Source: an uncultured delta proteobacterium
Lineage (GTDB): Bacteria > Desulfobacterota > Desulfobacteria > Desulfobacterales > Desulfatirhabdiaceae
Length of the DNA stretch: 64,000 nucleotides
Direction of reading: 5' to 3'
Assembly (NCBI GenBank): GCA_963789395.1
Contig: CAWBKP010000014.1
Coordinates: forward strand, 128,001-192,000
The first letter of the stretch is position 1, and the number at the start of each line of letters is the position of its first letter. Both the position numbers and the translations under genes were made by a program. The notes beneath the pieces were generated by a model, which made no database searches, was not told the DNA's origin, and saw only the letters and a program-made list of their open reading frames with translations. Shown here one piece after another: positions 40,057 through 50,638 of the stretch.

Positions 40057-41620
40057 TCATTTCGAAAGCAGTTCCCGTAATCTAAAGCGCTGAATTTTGC
40101 CTGTAGCGGTGCGCGGCAATTCTTTAATAATATGAAATTGTCGCGGGCATTTGTAGTGAGCTGTCTTACTTCGAACAAATTCCCTTAATTCGTTTTCCAT
40201 TTCGTCGGATGTCCCATCGCCGTCTCTGGGAACGATAAAAGCCACCGGCTTATCCAAACCCGATTCATTGCTCACGGCGACCACCGCCACTTCATCAACG
40301 GATGGATGCGTCAGCAAAATATCTTCCACCTCTAAAGGAGACAGCCAAATTCCACCGGGCTTGAGCATGTCATCGGCTCGCCCCGCATACCAGTAAAATC
40401 CGTCTTCATCCTGGTAAAACTGGTCACCCGTACAAAACCATTCACCACGAATACATTGTTTTGACTTCTCATGTTTGTTCCAATAGCAAGGCGTTGTCCC
40501 ATCATTTTTCACCCACATCGTGCCGATATCCCCGGTGGCCACCTCCCGTTCATCCCCATCCAGCAGCTTTCCCTCGAAGCCGGGCAGTATTTTTCCACAA
40601 CTGCCATGCCTGACCTTGCCTGGTCGATTTGAAAGATAAATCATTCCGACATCGGTTGAGCCGACACCATCTAAAATTTCAACATTAAAAAGCTCCCGCC
40701 ATCTGTCATATACGACTTTTGGTAACGCTTCCCCGGCCGAAACACACAATCTTACGGAAGACAGGTCCAGCTTTCGCCCGCTTTTTTCCATGAAATTCAA
40801 AAGCGCCCAGTAGGAAGTCGGCACACTGTAATAAAGCGTCGGGTCGGTATTTTTCTATGATGTTCATCACGGTTTCGGGATCGGGTTTTCCCGGATTGAG
40901 AATGACTGCCGAACCCCGGATAGAAGGCGCATCCAGTGAATTGTTTCGCCCGTATGAAAAAAACAGCTTGGAGGTTGAAAAGGATATATCATCCTTGGTA
41001 ATGCCCACGACCTCATCGCAATGGGGAGGCATGTTGTACAGAATGTCATGATGCAGATGCACAACCCCCTTGGGGGTTCCTGTGGTTCCGGAACTGTATA
41101 ACCAAAAGGCCATATCGTCTTTTGAAGTGGGTGCCGCAACCAATTCAGTGGAAGCCTTGGCAATAATATCATAAAAATCGAGCTGTCCGGCTTCTGTCTT
41201 TCCGACAACCACAACATGCTTTAACCACCTCAACTCATTTTTGATTCGGCTGAATATCGGGGCCAGTTCGGAGTTGGTGATCAATACCTTCGCCCTGCTG
41301 TCATTCAAATAGTAAATATAGTCTTGCGGCGGCGCCAACGAGCTCACCGGCACTGCAACCGCCCCCATTTTTATGATGCCGTAATACGCACCAATAAATT
41401 CAGGGCAATCGGGCAAACAAATGATTACTCGGTTTTCCTGTTCAACACCCAGGTCCAGCATCGCGTTTCCAGCCCGGTTCGCCATCTCCCAAACTTGCGC
41501 CCAGGTTATCACTTGATCCTGATAATAAATAGCGACGCGATGGCCTCGACCTTCTTCTATATGCCGGTCCAGCATAAACGAAGCGATGTTAAACTGATCG
41601 GGAATTTGTTTTAACTCCAT
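40057..41620 (-). CDS. Benzoate-CoA ligase family aryl-acid-CoA ligase; one frameshift near 40842
   Basis: FWLYSSGTTGTPKGVVHLH, SKLFFSYG, ILDGVGSTD, TGD, GRADDMLK and PRTATGKIQR motifs. An extra C in the YRPT codons splits the ORF. Confidence 0.9.
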
Positions 41621-41818
41621 TTTGATTATCCTCCCCCTCCTTTGGTTTAGCCAGGACGTTGCAATTGTTAGTTTATTTAAAAGCCATTTTTCATCAAACG
41701 CGTCCGAACTTCATTTACTTAAAAAACAGTATTCGTGTGGACATGAGAAAGGCACGGCCGGAAAAAAGACCGGTTTGAGGTCGATGGGTCACTTCCAACC
41801 AGAAATCGAAAATTATTC

Positions 41819-41879
41819 AGTTCGCTGAACGAATATAATGTTCGGAAATTAAAATCAAGAAAAAAATGAATGGAAATCA
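41819..41879 (-). promoter_or_regulatory. Promoter/operator of the CoA-ligase unit; near-identical to 52874-52934
   Basis: TTGATT-N17-TATATT overlapping the palindrome TTCGTTCAGCGAA; 56/61 identical to 52874-52934 by hand alignment. Confidence 0.75.
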
Positions 41880-42164
41880 GAAAATTCTATCTATAACAAA
41901 TTTTGGAGAAATTCCTTATTCGTTCGATAACCCCGAATGGGAGCAATGGATGAATCGGATTCAAATCCAGATCTCCCCTCCAAAGCCGTAAGAACAGAAA
42001 ATATTTTCTGAATAGCTGTGGTTCCAGTGCTTATTCAGCATATCATGCTGAAAACCGTTTTACTTTCACCATAATGCAATTGTTGATTTTTATCTCAGAA
42101 TGTGGTTCTTTCAGCAGGAAATAATATCGATGTTTCTTAAACGGACACTTCGCATCATGTGCAA

Positions 42165-43031
42165 ATGAATACAAAAACACCATCAAAATCCGGTGATAAA
42201 TACCGGCTGAGTTCCCTGGAACGTGTTTTCGATGTGTTGGAGTGCTTTTCCGACGACAAAAGAGAGCTCAGCCTGGCTGAAATTACGAAATTGACGGGAC
42301 TCAACCACACGTCCCTCAAGCGGATTGTTTTCACATTGACCCGGCGAAATTATCTTCGACAGGACGAGACGACCAGAAAATACCAGCTTGGAATGAAGCT
42401 ATTTGAGTTTGGCGGGCTTGTTTATAAATCAATTTCCCTTCGGTCCGCCACAGACTCGCTCCTGTCCGAACTTAGCGATGAAACTGGCCTCACCGTTCTT
42501 CTGGGAAATATTCTGGACGGGTTTCTAACTTATTTGGACTTTAAAGAAGGCAAAAATCCCATCCGGATATCCTCCAGCATCGGCATCCGTCGTCCGCCCC
42601 ATTTCGGAATGCTGGGCCAGATTTTGATGGCTTTTTCCCCGCCCGCTGTTGTGAAACACCTCCTGGAAATTCATCCGCTTCAACGCTATACATCTCAAAC
42701 CGTCATTGATCCCGAAATGTTTCAAAAACGGCTGGAAACCATTCGCGAGAATGGTTATGTAATCGAGTTTGAAGAAGCCTGGATCGGCGTTATGGGCATT
42801 GCCGCACCGATCTGGAAAGCCGGAAAAAAACTTGCCGGAGCCATTGGCATCGCAACGATAATTTCAAAAATTCACAATAACCAGGATGATCTTTTAAAAC
42901 ACCTTCTGCAAACAGCCGCCAAAATTTCCGTTGCCTTAGGCGGGATAAGCAAACCAGAAGATTATTTTAATACAGCAGCGTTTGCTGTAATGGATCCCTC
43001 GATTCAATCATCACTTGAAAATGCAGATTGA
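42165..43031 (+). CDS. IclR-family transcriptional regulator 1
   Basis: SLERVFDVLE..LSLAEI HTH, YQLG, GQILMAF and GIAAPI motifs. Confidence 0.93.
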   Translation: MNTKTPSKSGDKYRLSSLERVFDVLECFSDDKRELSLAEITKLTGLNHTSLKRIVFTLTRRNYLRQDETTRKYQLGMKLFEFGGLVYKSISLRSATDSLLSELSDETGLTVLLGNILDGFLTYLDFKEGKNPIRISSSIGIRRPPHFGMLGQILMAFSPPAVVKHLLEIHPLQRYTSQTVIDPEMFQKRLETIRENGYVIEFEEAWIGVMGIAAPIWKAGKKLAGAIGIATIISKIHNNQDDLLKHLLQTAAKISVALGGISKPEDYFNTAAFAVMDPSIQSSLENAD

Positions 43032-43081
43032 TTTCCCCGGCAAAGCCGCTCTTCCCGTCTTAAGATCCATCAGCAAATAAA

Positions 43082-43879
43082 ATGGTAATTGATTCTCATA
43101 CGCACATATTTCCTCGGCAGAAGGCAGCGGTTATCCTATCTAAATTATCGAGCCGGGCAGCCATCCCCCATTTTACGGAAGGCACCCTTGATGGTCTGTT
43201 GAATTCAATGAATACCGCGGGTATCCACCTGTCTTTGATCAGCAGGATTACGACCCGTCCGGAACAGGTGGACCCCGTCAACCGTTGGCTTTACGGCCTC
43301 AGGCGCGAAAACATTCTACCAATGGCCACGATTCATCCGGATATGCCGGACGGACAGTCTTATATAAAAAAATTAAAGGACAAAGGGTTCTCCGGGATTA
43401 AGCTTCACCCGGACTACCAGGGGTTTGATGCCGATGACAGGCGAATGTATCCGCTTTATGAGGCGTTGCAGGATCTGCAACTGCCCGTTTTATTTCATGC
43501 GGGCCTGGATCGCGGATTACCCCCTCCCTTTCGCGCCATGCCGGCGCATTTGCTCAAAGTCCATCGACAATTTCCCAATCTGGTGATGATCGCGGCTCAT
43601 ATGGGCGGCGAGGACAACTACGATGAAACCGAAGCCTGTTTATTGGGAACGGATATCTATCTGGATACCGCCTTTGTCCTGAGGCTGATGAATCAAGACA
43701 CCCTTGAGCGATTTTTCCGAATGCATCCGATTGAACGTTTTTTGTTCGGGAGCGACAGCCCGTTTACCGATCAGTTCACCGAATTGAATTATTTACAAAA
43801 TCTTCCTTTTCTCAGCCAGGACGCCAAAGAAAAAATTGCGGGAAAGAATGCCGCGGAACTTTTGGGGATCAGTTCATGA
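43082..43879 (+). CDS. Amidohydrolase_2-family metal-dependent hydrolase
   Basis: IDSHTH, GIKLHP, VLFHAG, AAHMGG, YLDTA and LFGSDSP motifs. Confidence 0.9.
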   Translation: MVIDSHTHIFPRQKAAVILSKLSSRAAIPHFTEGTLDGLLNSMNTAGIHLSLISRITTRPEQVDPVNRWLYGLRRENILPMATIHPDMPDGQSYIKKLKDKGFSGIKLHPDYQGFDADDRRMYPLYEALQDLQLPVLFHAGLDRGLPPPFRAMPAHLLKVHRQFPNLVMIAAHMGGEDNYDETEACLLGTDIYLDTAFVLRLMNQDTLERFFRMHPIERFLFGSDSPFTDQFTELNYLQNLPFLSQDAKEKIAGKNAAELLGISS

Positions 43880-43982
43880 TAATCGGGGTTGTTGGCCTTG
43901 ATCGTCGTTTTTAACCATCCCTCATCAGGGCCTGTTTCCCGTTCTGCAGTGGGATTTGCGCGGGGTTTGAGCCCCTGGCCGG

Positions 43983-44171
43983 TTATATTTCACTGTCCAG
44001 ATCCGCAACTTCGGCAATATTGATTTCCAGCATCTTCAGACTGGCCAGAATGCGAACCATGTTTCGCTCCAGTGCCGGAAGGCCGGTGCCCTCGGCTCGG
44101 AGATCTTCCGCGCTTTGTTTCATCAACATGATCTTGCGGCCGATTCTCTGTATGTCCATATCCTGATACAT
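43983..44171 (-). CDS. Small helical hypothetical protein
   Basis: 62 aa; AAAGGAG RBS; 20 bp downstream of paaK. Confidence 0.7.
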   Translation of the reverse strand: MYQDMDIQRIGRKIMLMKQSAEDLRAEGTGLPALERNMVRILASLKMLEINIAEVADLDSEI

Positions 44172-44191
44172 GGGGTCTCCTTTGACTGTGA

Positions 44192-45520
44192 TTATTTTCT
44201 TAAATCCTTGAACCGTCGGGCCTTGACCTCATATCGCGGCAGTTCGCCCATCGCATAAAATTGCAGATCATATCTCAAATTGGTTTTCAGCCTCAGTTGA
44301 TCGGTTAATTCCTTCTCGATTTCCGCCCGCTGGCTTTGGACATCGGGAAGAAACTCCACCTTGAGCGTGATTCGATCCGTATCGCCTTTCTTTTCGACGA
44401 CGACCTCGTATTCGTTTCCAAGTCCGGAAACACCTCTGACCACCTCTTCGATGGCTGATGGCGACAGCAGGACACCCTTTACTTTGGTGATGTCATCCGC
44501 ACGGCCCTGGACCCCGCCCTTGATCAAACGGTAGGATCTGCCGCAGGGGCAGGCATGATCGGCCCATTCGATCACATCCTTGGAATCAAACCGGACACAG
44601 GGCTGGGCAATGCGGTCAAACGCCGTGATGATCATTTTACCTTTCCGGCCCGGTTCGGTGATAAGTTCGCCGGTATCGACATCCTGAATTTCAACCAGAA
44701 ACATGCCCTCATTGACATGAAGACCGCCGGATTGGGCCTGGCATTCATAGCACCAGGCGCCGATTTCCGTTGCACCCGAATGGTCGTATACTTTGGCGCC
44801 CCAGGCCGATTCCATCCGGCGTTTGGTGCTCGGTATACTTGCGCCGCATTCTCCGGCACAGGTGATTTTATCAATGGTTAATGACGCGGGATCGATCCCC
44901 AGCTGATTTCGGGCCGCATCCGCCATGCCCAGAACATAGGTCGGGGTAGCCATCATGGCTGTTGCCTTCAGTTCCTGGATCTTCAGCAGCCTGGCTGCTG
45001 TATCCAGCACGCCGCCAGGCACCACCTCGCATCCGACTTTCTCGGCGCCGTAATGTCCGGCCCAGAACGCCACAAAAATATTGTAGCCAAACGGAATGAA
45101 TACCCGGTCTTTCGGACGGTATCCCTGGGCCCAGAGAATATACGCCCAGCACTCGGCCCACCATTCCCAATCCTGCCAGGTGTCCGGCTGATACACGGGC
45201 TGGCCCGTCGTGCCGCTGGTCTGCCGGAATTCTGTTACATCCTCTATCGGCACACACAGGGCGTCCCCGTATGGAAACGGGTCCTTGCGCTGAATGTCGC
45301 GCATCATGGATTTTTCCACTGTCGGCACATGCCGGATGTCGTCCAGGCTGCGGATGTCCGGAGGACGGATCCCTGCCCGGTCATAAATGCTCCGATGAAA
45401 CCGGGAGTTATCGTAGGCCCATTTGAAAATTCGCTGAAATTTTTTCAGCTGAAGCCGCTGAAGCCGTTCCATATCCAGGGTTTCGAGAATCGGATTCCAG
45501 TAAGGGGATGTATCTATCAT
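44192..45520 (-). CDS. paaK: Phenylacetate-CoA ligase family protein
   Basis: QTSGTTGQP, ATPTY, DHSGATE and GRADDITKVKGV motifs. Confidence 0.85.
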   Translation of the reverse strand: MIDTSPYWNPILETLDMERLQRLQLKKFQRIFKWAYDNSRFHRSIYDRAGIRPPDIRSLDDIRHVPTVEKSMMRDIQRKDPFPYGDALCVPIEDVTEFRQTSGTTGQPVYQPDTWQDWEWWAECWAYILWAQGYRPKDRVFIPFGYNIFVAFWAGHYGAEKVGCEVVPGGVLDTAARLLKIQELKATAMMATPTYVLGMADAARNQLGIDPASLTIDKITCAGECGASIPSTKRRMESAWGAKVYDHSGATEIGAWCYECQAQSGGLHVNEGMFLVEIQDVDTGELITEPGRKGKMIITAFDRIAQPCVRFDSKDVIEWADHACPCGRSYRLIKGGVQGRADDITKVKGVLLSPSAIEEVVRGVSGLGNEYEVVVEKKGDTDRITLKVEFLPDVQSQRAEIEKELTDQLRLKTNLRYDLQFYAMGELPRYEVKARRFKDLRK

Positions 45521-45641
45521 CAGTTTCTCCTAAAGAAATGAAAATTGCGGTAAGTCGCTGATTGAATTCAAACGTATCAGAAACATAGACCATTACAGGC
45601 AGCGCAGGTGATGAAAAAATCTTCATTGAAGAATCAGCGGT

Positions 45642-46913
45642 TCATCCACGGGCTGCAGGTTCAATCAGCTGACCCAGCCGGATATGCTGCCACGAATACG
45701 CGGCGCCGGACTGCGGAATCTTTTTCCATTTGCTTCTCAACCGGTAGATGTCGTCCTTGCGCCACATGGCCCCTATCAATAATCCGATGGCATCGGCATA
45801 TTTGCCGATGGCTTGCCCGCCGATCACCTTGCCGTCAAGCAAAATAACCCGCAAATAATCTTTTCCGCTTTCCTTTTCAATCAGCTCGGATTTTCCCAGG
45901 AGGCACTCGGTCGCGCGCATGGTTTTTCCAAACGTAGCGGCATGGGTATTAAAAAAATGCGCTCTGGCAAACGCATAGGCACCGAGGTATCTGACATTGT
46001 CTCCCAAAATGTTTTTTGCCACGATCTGGGCCTGTTCAATTGCGTTATGTTTCAGCTGAAACATCGCCACCTCGCCGGTGCAGGCGTCAATGGTTTCCAC
46101 GCAGTCCCCGCAGGCGTAGATATCCGAAACGGAGGTTTCCATCTTTCTGTTGACCTGGATACCGCGCCCCGTTTCAATCCCCGCAGTCCTGGCAAGCGCA
46201 GTTCCGGGAACCACGCCCGTTGCGACCACCACCGTATCGCATGCAATCTCCCGTTTATCTGTCACAACGCCGGTAACCCGGGTATCCCCTTCAATCCGCA
46301 GGACTTTTTCACCGGTATGCACATGAATCCCATACCCTTCCATCGCCGCTTCCAGTCTTTTGGCGGTGGACTCATCAAACAACGCCGGCAGAATCCATCC
46401 GAGGAGCTCGATGATATAAACGTCATATCCTTTTTTCTTTAAAGCTTCCGCCGCCTCTATCCCGATGGCGCCGGATCCGATAACGACCGCGCTTCTCCCG
46501 TTGTGGGATTCAAGCTTTTCGGTTTCATGCAGCTGCTTGCAGCTAAAAACGCCCGCGTTACAGATACCCGCAATCGGCGGAATAAAAAGATCACCGCCAT
46601 GAGCCAGCACAAGCTTGTCGTAGCCGATTTCCACACCCGTATCGGTTGTGACGGATTTGGCCTCCGGTGCAATGGAAACAACCTTTTGATTGAATTTCAG
46701 ATCGATGTTGTGTTGCTTGTAATCTTCCATTTTTTTTCTGAAAACAGCTTTTTTTTCAACATCGCCGCCCAGAAAATACGGAAGCGAGCACGGATCATAT
46801 TCCGGAACGGCCTCGGCGGAAAGGATACAAATCTCGGATTCCTTGTCCCTTTCCCGAATCGAAAAGGCCACTTGATTGCCAGCAATTCCATTTCCCACAA
46901 TAACGACTTTCAT
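45642..46913 (-). CDS. FAD/NAD(P)-dependent oxidoreductase
   Basis: VIVGNGIAG, VIGSGAIGIEAA and IYACGDC motifs. Confidence 0.92.
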   Translation of the reverse strand: MKVVIVGNGIAGNQVAFSIRERDKESEICILSAEAVPEYDPCSLPYFLGGDVEKKAVFRKKMEDYKQHNIDLKFNQKVVSIAPEAKSVTTDTGVEIGYDKLVLAHGGDLFIPPIAGICNAGVFSCKQLHETEKLESHNGRSAVVIGSGAIGIEAAEALKKKGYDVYIIELLGWILPALFDESTAKRLEAAMEGYGIHVHTGEKVLRIEGDTRVTGVVTDKREIACDTVVVATGVVPGTALARTAGIETGRGIQVNRKMETSVSDIYACGDCVETIDACTGEVAMFQLKHNAIEQAQIVAKNILGDNVRYLGAYAFARAHFFNTHAATFGKTMRATECLLGKSELIEKESGKDYLRVILLDGKVIGGQAIGKYADAIGLLIGAMWRKDDIYRLRSKWKKIPQSGAAYSWQHIRLGQLIEPAARG

Positions 46914-46986
46914 GGCGCCTGCTTATAATAAAGTTTTACGTTTCATATTAAACGGCGTTCTTTCTTTCCGCCGTGGGTCCGTCAGC

Positions 46987-47481
46987 TTAATTGGCCGGAA
47001 ATATCGATCTTGATCGACCCGCCCGCTCTCTTGCGACTTCCTTTGTGAGCGCATCGCTTTTACAGACCTTGAGCGCCCCTTCGCGGTTACAGGCAGTGAC
47101 ACACCAGGGTCCGGAGGCATCGTCCTTGCACATATCGCAGGTCATCGTCTGACCCGTGTAAGGGTTAGCCGCCGGGCTGCCGACCGGGCAGATATAAACA
47201 CACGCCCTGCATCCGATACACACCTCGGTATCCGTTACGACGGTTCCGTTTGTCTGCCGGACCCGTGCGTTCATGGGGCACACCTTTATACAGGGGGCGC
47301 CATCACACGCCATGCAGATGACCGGAACGTTAAGCGCCTGGTTTTCAAGTCTGAGGATCCTGATTCTGGCAAGCTGTGGATTGATGTTGCCGTGGTGTTT
47401 CATCGAACAGGCTATCGTACACCGATGGCACCCCGTACATTTGTTTGGATCGACCAGCAATTGTTCACGCCTTGTTTCCAT
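46987..47481 (-). CDS. 4x[4Fe-4S] electron transfer subunit
   Basis: CTGCHRCTIAC, CMACDGAPC, CIGCRACVYICP and CDMC..PWCVTAC motifs. Confidence 0.92.
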   Translation of the reverse strand: METRREQLLVDPNKCTGCHRCTIACSMKHHGNINPQLARIRILRLENQALNVPVICMACDGAPCIKVCPMNARVRQTNGTVVTDTEVCIGCRACVYICPVGSPAANPYTGQTMTCDMCKDDASGPWCVTACNREGALKVCKSDALTKEVARERAGRSRSIFPAN

Positions 47482-47562
47482 GGTGCTGCCTTTGTGGAAT
47501 TCCATACAATCGTTTCGTTATTCAGGTTTTGACCCGCTTCGGACCAGAACGCGCAAGTTTGA

Positions 47563-47576
47563 TTCATTATAATGAA
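47563..47576. promoter_or_regulatory. Palindromic operator box (candidate IclR-2 site)
   Basis: Perfect palindrome TTCATTATAATGAA. Confidence 0.6.
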
Positions 47577-47704
47577 CCATACATTCCCTTGTTGTTTAAT
47601 ATGAATTTAATTTCATGTCAAATAAAAAATGCTTTTATCCTTATATAATAGGACTCTTGAATAAAATATAACTTGACATCGAAAATAGCCATAGTATAGT
47701 GAAT

Positions 47705-47718
47705 TTCACTATGATGAA
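47705..47718. promoter_or_regulatory. Second operator box, downstream of the aor promoter
   Basis: TTCACTATGATGAA just after TTGACA..TAGTATAGT. Confidence 0.6.
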
Positions 47719-47757
47719 TTTATTGCCAAAATTAACCCCAACGCAAGGAGTTTTAAT

Positions 47758-48036
47758 ATGGCCACAGAAAATGAAAAATTTTCCGCCTCAGAATCGCTTC
47801 GCAAGACCCGGACTTTCGGTAAGGTCAGGTGCCATAACCCGAGCTGCATGGGTCGATTGGAGCCCAGTCCCGGCAGCCAGCAAATTTCATGCCCGACCTG
47901 CGGCATGACCTATCGGCTTTTCTGGGTGACACCGGAACTGCCGAGAATTCGCGGTCCGGTCTGGGAAGTGAACCGAAAAATAGCCGAGGAAACATTGGCC
48001 GCAAAATTAGGATCGTCCACGGACGCTTCCAAATAG
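47758..48036 (+). CDS. Small Zn-ribbon-like protein
   Basis: CHNPSC..CPTC; AAGGAG RBS; first gene of the aor operon. Confidence 0.75.
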   Translation: MATENEKFSASESLRKTRTFGKVRCHNPSCMGRLEPSPGSQQISCPTCGMTYRLFWVTPELPRIRGPVWEVNRKIAEETLAAKLGSSTDASK

Positions 48037-48054
48037 ATAAGGAGGGAACGCAAA

Positions 48055-49995
48055 ATGGCACTGGATCGGAAAATTGCATACATCGATCTTACGACCGGCA
48101 ACACGGAGATCAAACCCATTCCGCTGGAAATCAGAAAGAAATTCATGGGCGGCCGCGGCCTGGACGCCTACCTGCTTTACAACAACACGCCCAAAGGCTG
48201 TGATCCGCTGGGCCCTGAAAATGCGTTAATCGTCAGCGGCGGTCTTCTGACAGCCACCTGCGCTTCCGCCACGGCCAGAACTCATATCATGGCCAAATCC
48301 CCTCTTACCGGCCTATTGGGCAGCACCAATATGGGCGGGTTTTTCGCCCCTGAACTGGCCTGGGCCGGATTTCATCATCTGGTAATCAAGGGCAAGGCGG
48401 AAAAACCGGTTTATCTGTGGATACACAATGGCCAGATTGAAATCCGCGATGCCGCAAACCTGTGGGGAAAAACAGCAACGGAGACCCAATGGGCAATCCG
48501 CGATGAGCTGGGGGACCAGGAGATAAAAAGTGCTGTTATCGGACAGGCCGGCGAAAATTTAGTGACCTATGCCTGTGTCATGACCGGAATCAAAAACGCC
48601 GGCGGCCGTACGGGGATGGGATGCGTGATGGGCTCTAAAAACCTCAAGGCCATCGCCACCAGAGGCACGATGGATATCAAAATCTCCCATCCTATCGATG
48701 CCCTGGAACATAACAAGAAGTTCATCGATCAGATCACCAGCGCCAAGGTCAACAAAACCCAGGGCACCCTGGGAACCCCCTTTATCTGGGGCGCGACCAA
48801 CTGCTGGGGCGGCGTTCGCACCAGAAACTTCCAGTACAACCAGATGGAGTACGCCGATGAGATCGAACCGGAGGCCATCGATGATGCCGCCACCGAAACC
48901 ATGGGGCCCCATCACATGGCGGGATGTTTCGGCTGCCAGGTGCACTGCCGCGCTCAATACAAAATTCAGACCGGCTTCTACGCCGGGAAATACGATGAAG
49001 GGCCGGAATATACCTCTCAGGGCGCCTTTAACAGCGAACCGGACTGCAAAAAACTCGAGACGCTGTTGACCGCCAACCACCTGGTGAATCAGTATGGCGT
49101 GGACAACCTTGAAATCGGGAGCATGATCTCCTGGGCCATGGAGCTTTATGAGCTGGGAATCCTCACCAATAAAGAAACCGACGGGCTGGAGCTTCGTTTC
49201 GGAAATGATGAAGCGCTGATAGAGATGGTCCATCGCATCTGCAACCGCAAGGGCTGGCTGGGCAATGTACTGGCGGACGGCGGCATCCCGGCATCGCAGG
49301 CTATCGGAAAAAATTCCTTTGATTACCTCATCCAGGTCAAGGGAATGAACAACCTCCACTCTGATGAACGGTCCACACCGGCCCTGGCGTTGAATATCGC
49401 CACCGCTTCCCGCGGCTCCGATCATTTACGAAGCCGACCGGCCATCGACCTGTATCATCTGCCTGAAAACGTGCTGAGAAAAATTTACAGCAGCCCGGTT
49501 CCCTATGACGGCCCCCTGTCTTCGGAGTCGACCGAATACATCGGCAAACCCTGGCAGGTTTTCTGGCAGGAGAACTGCTACATGGCCGTCGATTGTCTGG
49601 GAATATGCAAATATCACACGGTTTTTTTGGGGGCGACGCTGCCTAACTTCGAGGATTGGCCCAAGGTAATTTACTACAACACGGGTCTCGAGTTTACCCC
49701 CAAAGAAATTTGGGATGTTGCCGAGCGATGCAACAACCTCGAAAGACTTTTCAATTTACGGGAAGGGTTGACCCGAGACGACCCGGTCAAAGGCGATACG
49801 CTCAATCATCGTTATTTTGACGAACCCTGCCGAAGGGGCGCCCCGGACGTTATCGGCGCACGCATCGACCGGGAAAAATTCAAGATCATGGTGGATGCGT
49901 TCTATGAACATCATGGCTGGGATAAAGACGGTGTCCCGACGCCTGAAACTTTAAAGCGCCTGGGCCTGGAAAATGAACCGACGCATTTGCTTTAG
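48055..49995 (+). CDS. Tungsten aldehyde:ferredoxin oxidoreductase (AOR/WOR) family catalytic subunit
   Basis: GGRGL, AKSPLTG, GRTGMGCVMGSKNLKAI, CFGCQVHC, EGPEY, DCLGIC, ERLFNLREG and GWDKDGVP motifs. Confidence 0.95.
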   Translation: MALDRKIAYIDLTTGNTEIKPIPLEIRKKFMGGRGLDAYLLYNNTPKGCDPLGPENALIVSGGLLTATCASATARTHIMAKSPLTGLLGSTNMGGFFAPELAWAGFHHLVIKGKAEKPVYLWIHNGQIEIRDAANLWGKTATETQWAIRDELGDQEIKSAVIGQAGENLVTYACVMTGIKNAGGRTGMGCVMGSKNLKAIATRGTMDIKISHPIDALEHNKKFIDQITSAKVNKTQGTLGTPFIWGATNCWGGVRTRNFQYNQMEYADEIEPEAIDDAATETMGPHHMAGCFGCQVHCRAQYKIQTGFYAGKYDEGPEYTSQGAFNSEPDCKKLETLLTANHLVNQYGVDNLEIGSMISWAMELYELGILTNKETDGLELRFGNDEALIEMVHRICNRKGWLGNVLADGGIPASQAIGKNSFDYLIQVKGMNNLHSDERSTPALALNIATASRGSDHLRSRPAIDLYHLPENVLRKIYSSPVPYDGPLSSESTEYIGKPWQVFWQENCYMAVDCLGICKYHTVFLGATLPNFEDWPKVIYYNTGLEFTPKEIWDVAERCNNLERLFNLREGLTRDDPVKGDTLNHRYFDEPCRRGAPDVIGARIDREKFKIMVDAFYEHHGWDKDGVPTPETLKRLGLENEPTHLL

Positions 49996-50016
49996 AACCA
50001 ATCGAAGGAGAATATA

Positions 50017-50514
50017 ATGGATAAATTTCTAACGGTTAACTCCGATAAATGCACCGGCTGCCGTCTTTGCGAACAGGTTTGTTCCGTCATGCATGAAGGC
50101 GTTTCCAACCCGGCCAAGAGTAGAATTCAAATCGTGAAGTGGGAACAGGAGGGGCTTTATATTCCGATGATTTGCCACCAGTGCGAGGATGCGCCCTGCA
50201 AGAACGTCTGCCCGGTGGGGGCCATTTCCCGGGACAAGGATTTCGGTTTCCTGAATGTGAATTATGATGTCTGCATCGGCTGTCGCTCATGCGTCAACAT
50301 CTGCCCGTTTGGCGCCATGAATTACAATATGACGGCGCGCAAGGTATTCAAATGCGATTTATGCGGCGGAAACCCACAGTGCGTGCGGTTTTGTGATGAA
50401 AAAGCGGTGGACTTCATCACGGCCGATGTCGTGAGTGCAAAGAAGAAAAGAGAAAGCGCCTCGCGCCAATCCGCGGCGCAACGACAAACTCCGTTCGTAA
50501 GCGAGCATGCATAG
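50017..50514 (+). CDS. 4x[4Fe-4S] subunit (AorA-like)
   Basis: CTGCRLCEQVC, CHQCEDAPC, CIGCRSCVNICP and KCDLCGGNPQCVRFC motifs. Confidence 0.92.
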   Translation: MDKFLTVNSDKCTGCRLCEQVCSVMHEGVSNPAKSRIQIVKWEQEGLYIPMICHQCEDAPCKNVCPVGAISRDKDFGFLNVNYDVCIGCRSCVNICPFGAMNYNMTARKVFKCDLCGGNPQCVRFCDEKAVDFITADVVSAKKKRESASRQSAAQRQTPFVSEHA

Positions 50515-50638
50515 TCCGCATGCACGGAATTCGCCGGGTTGATGGGCTTTCATCCGGAAACGGCATTTTCCGATCCGCTGTTACCGGATGAACGGCCTCG
50601 CGATGCAAAACAGGGCATCGGGCGTTACGGCTGGTTTT

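Noticed and set aside
48559..49425. 288-aa minus-strand ORF
   Set aside because: Antisense shadow of the AOR gene.
48055..49995. AOR-family gene as BamB (class II benzoyl-CoA reductase)
   Set aside because: The N-terminus and neighbours do not resemble a bamBCDEF cluster as I recall it; left as a generic WOR pending phylogeny.
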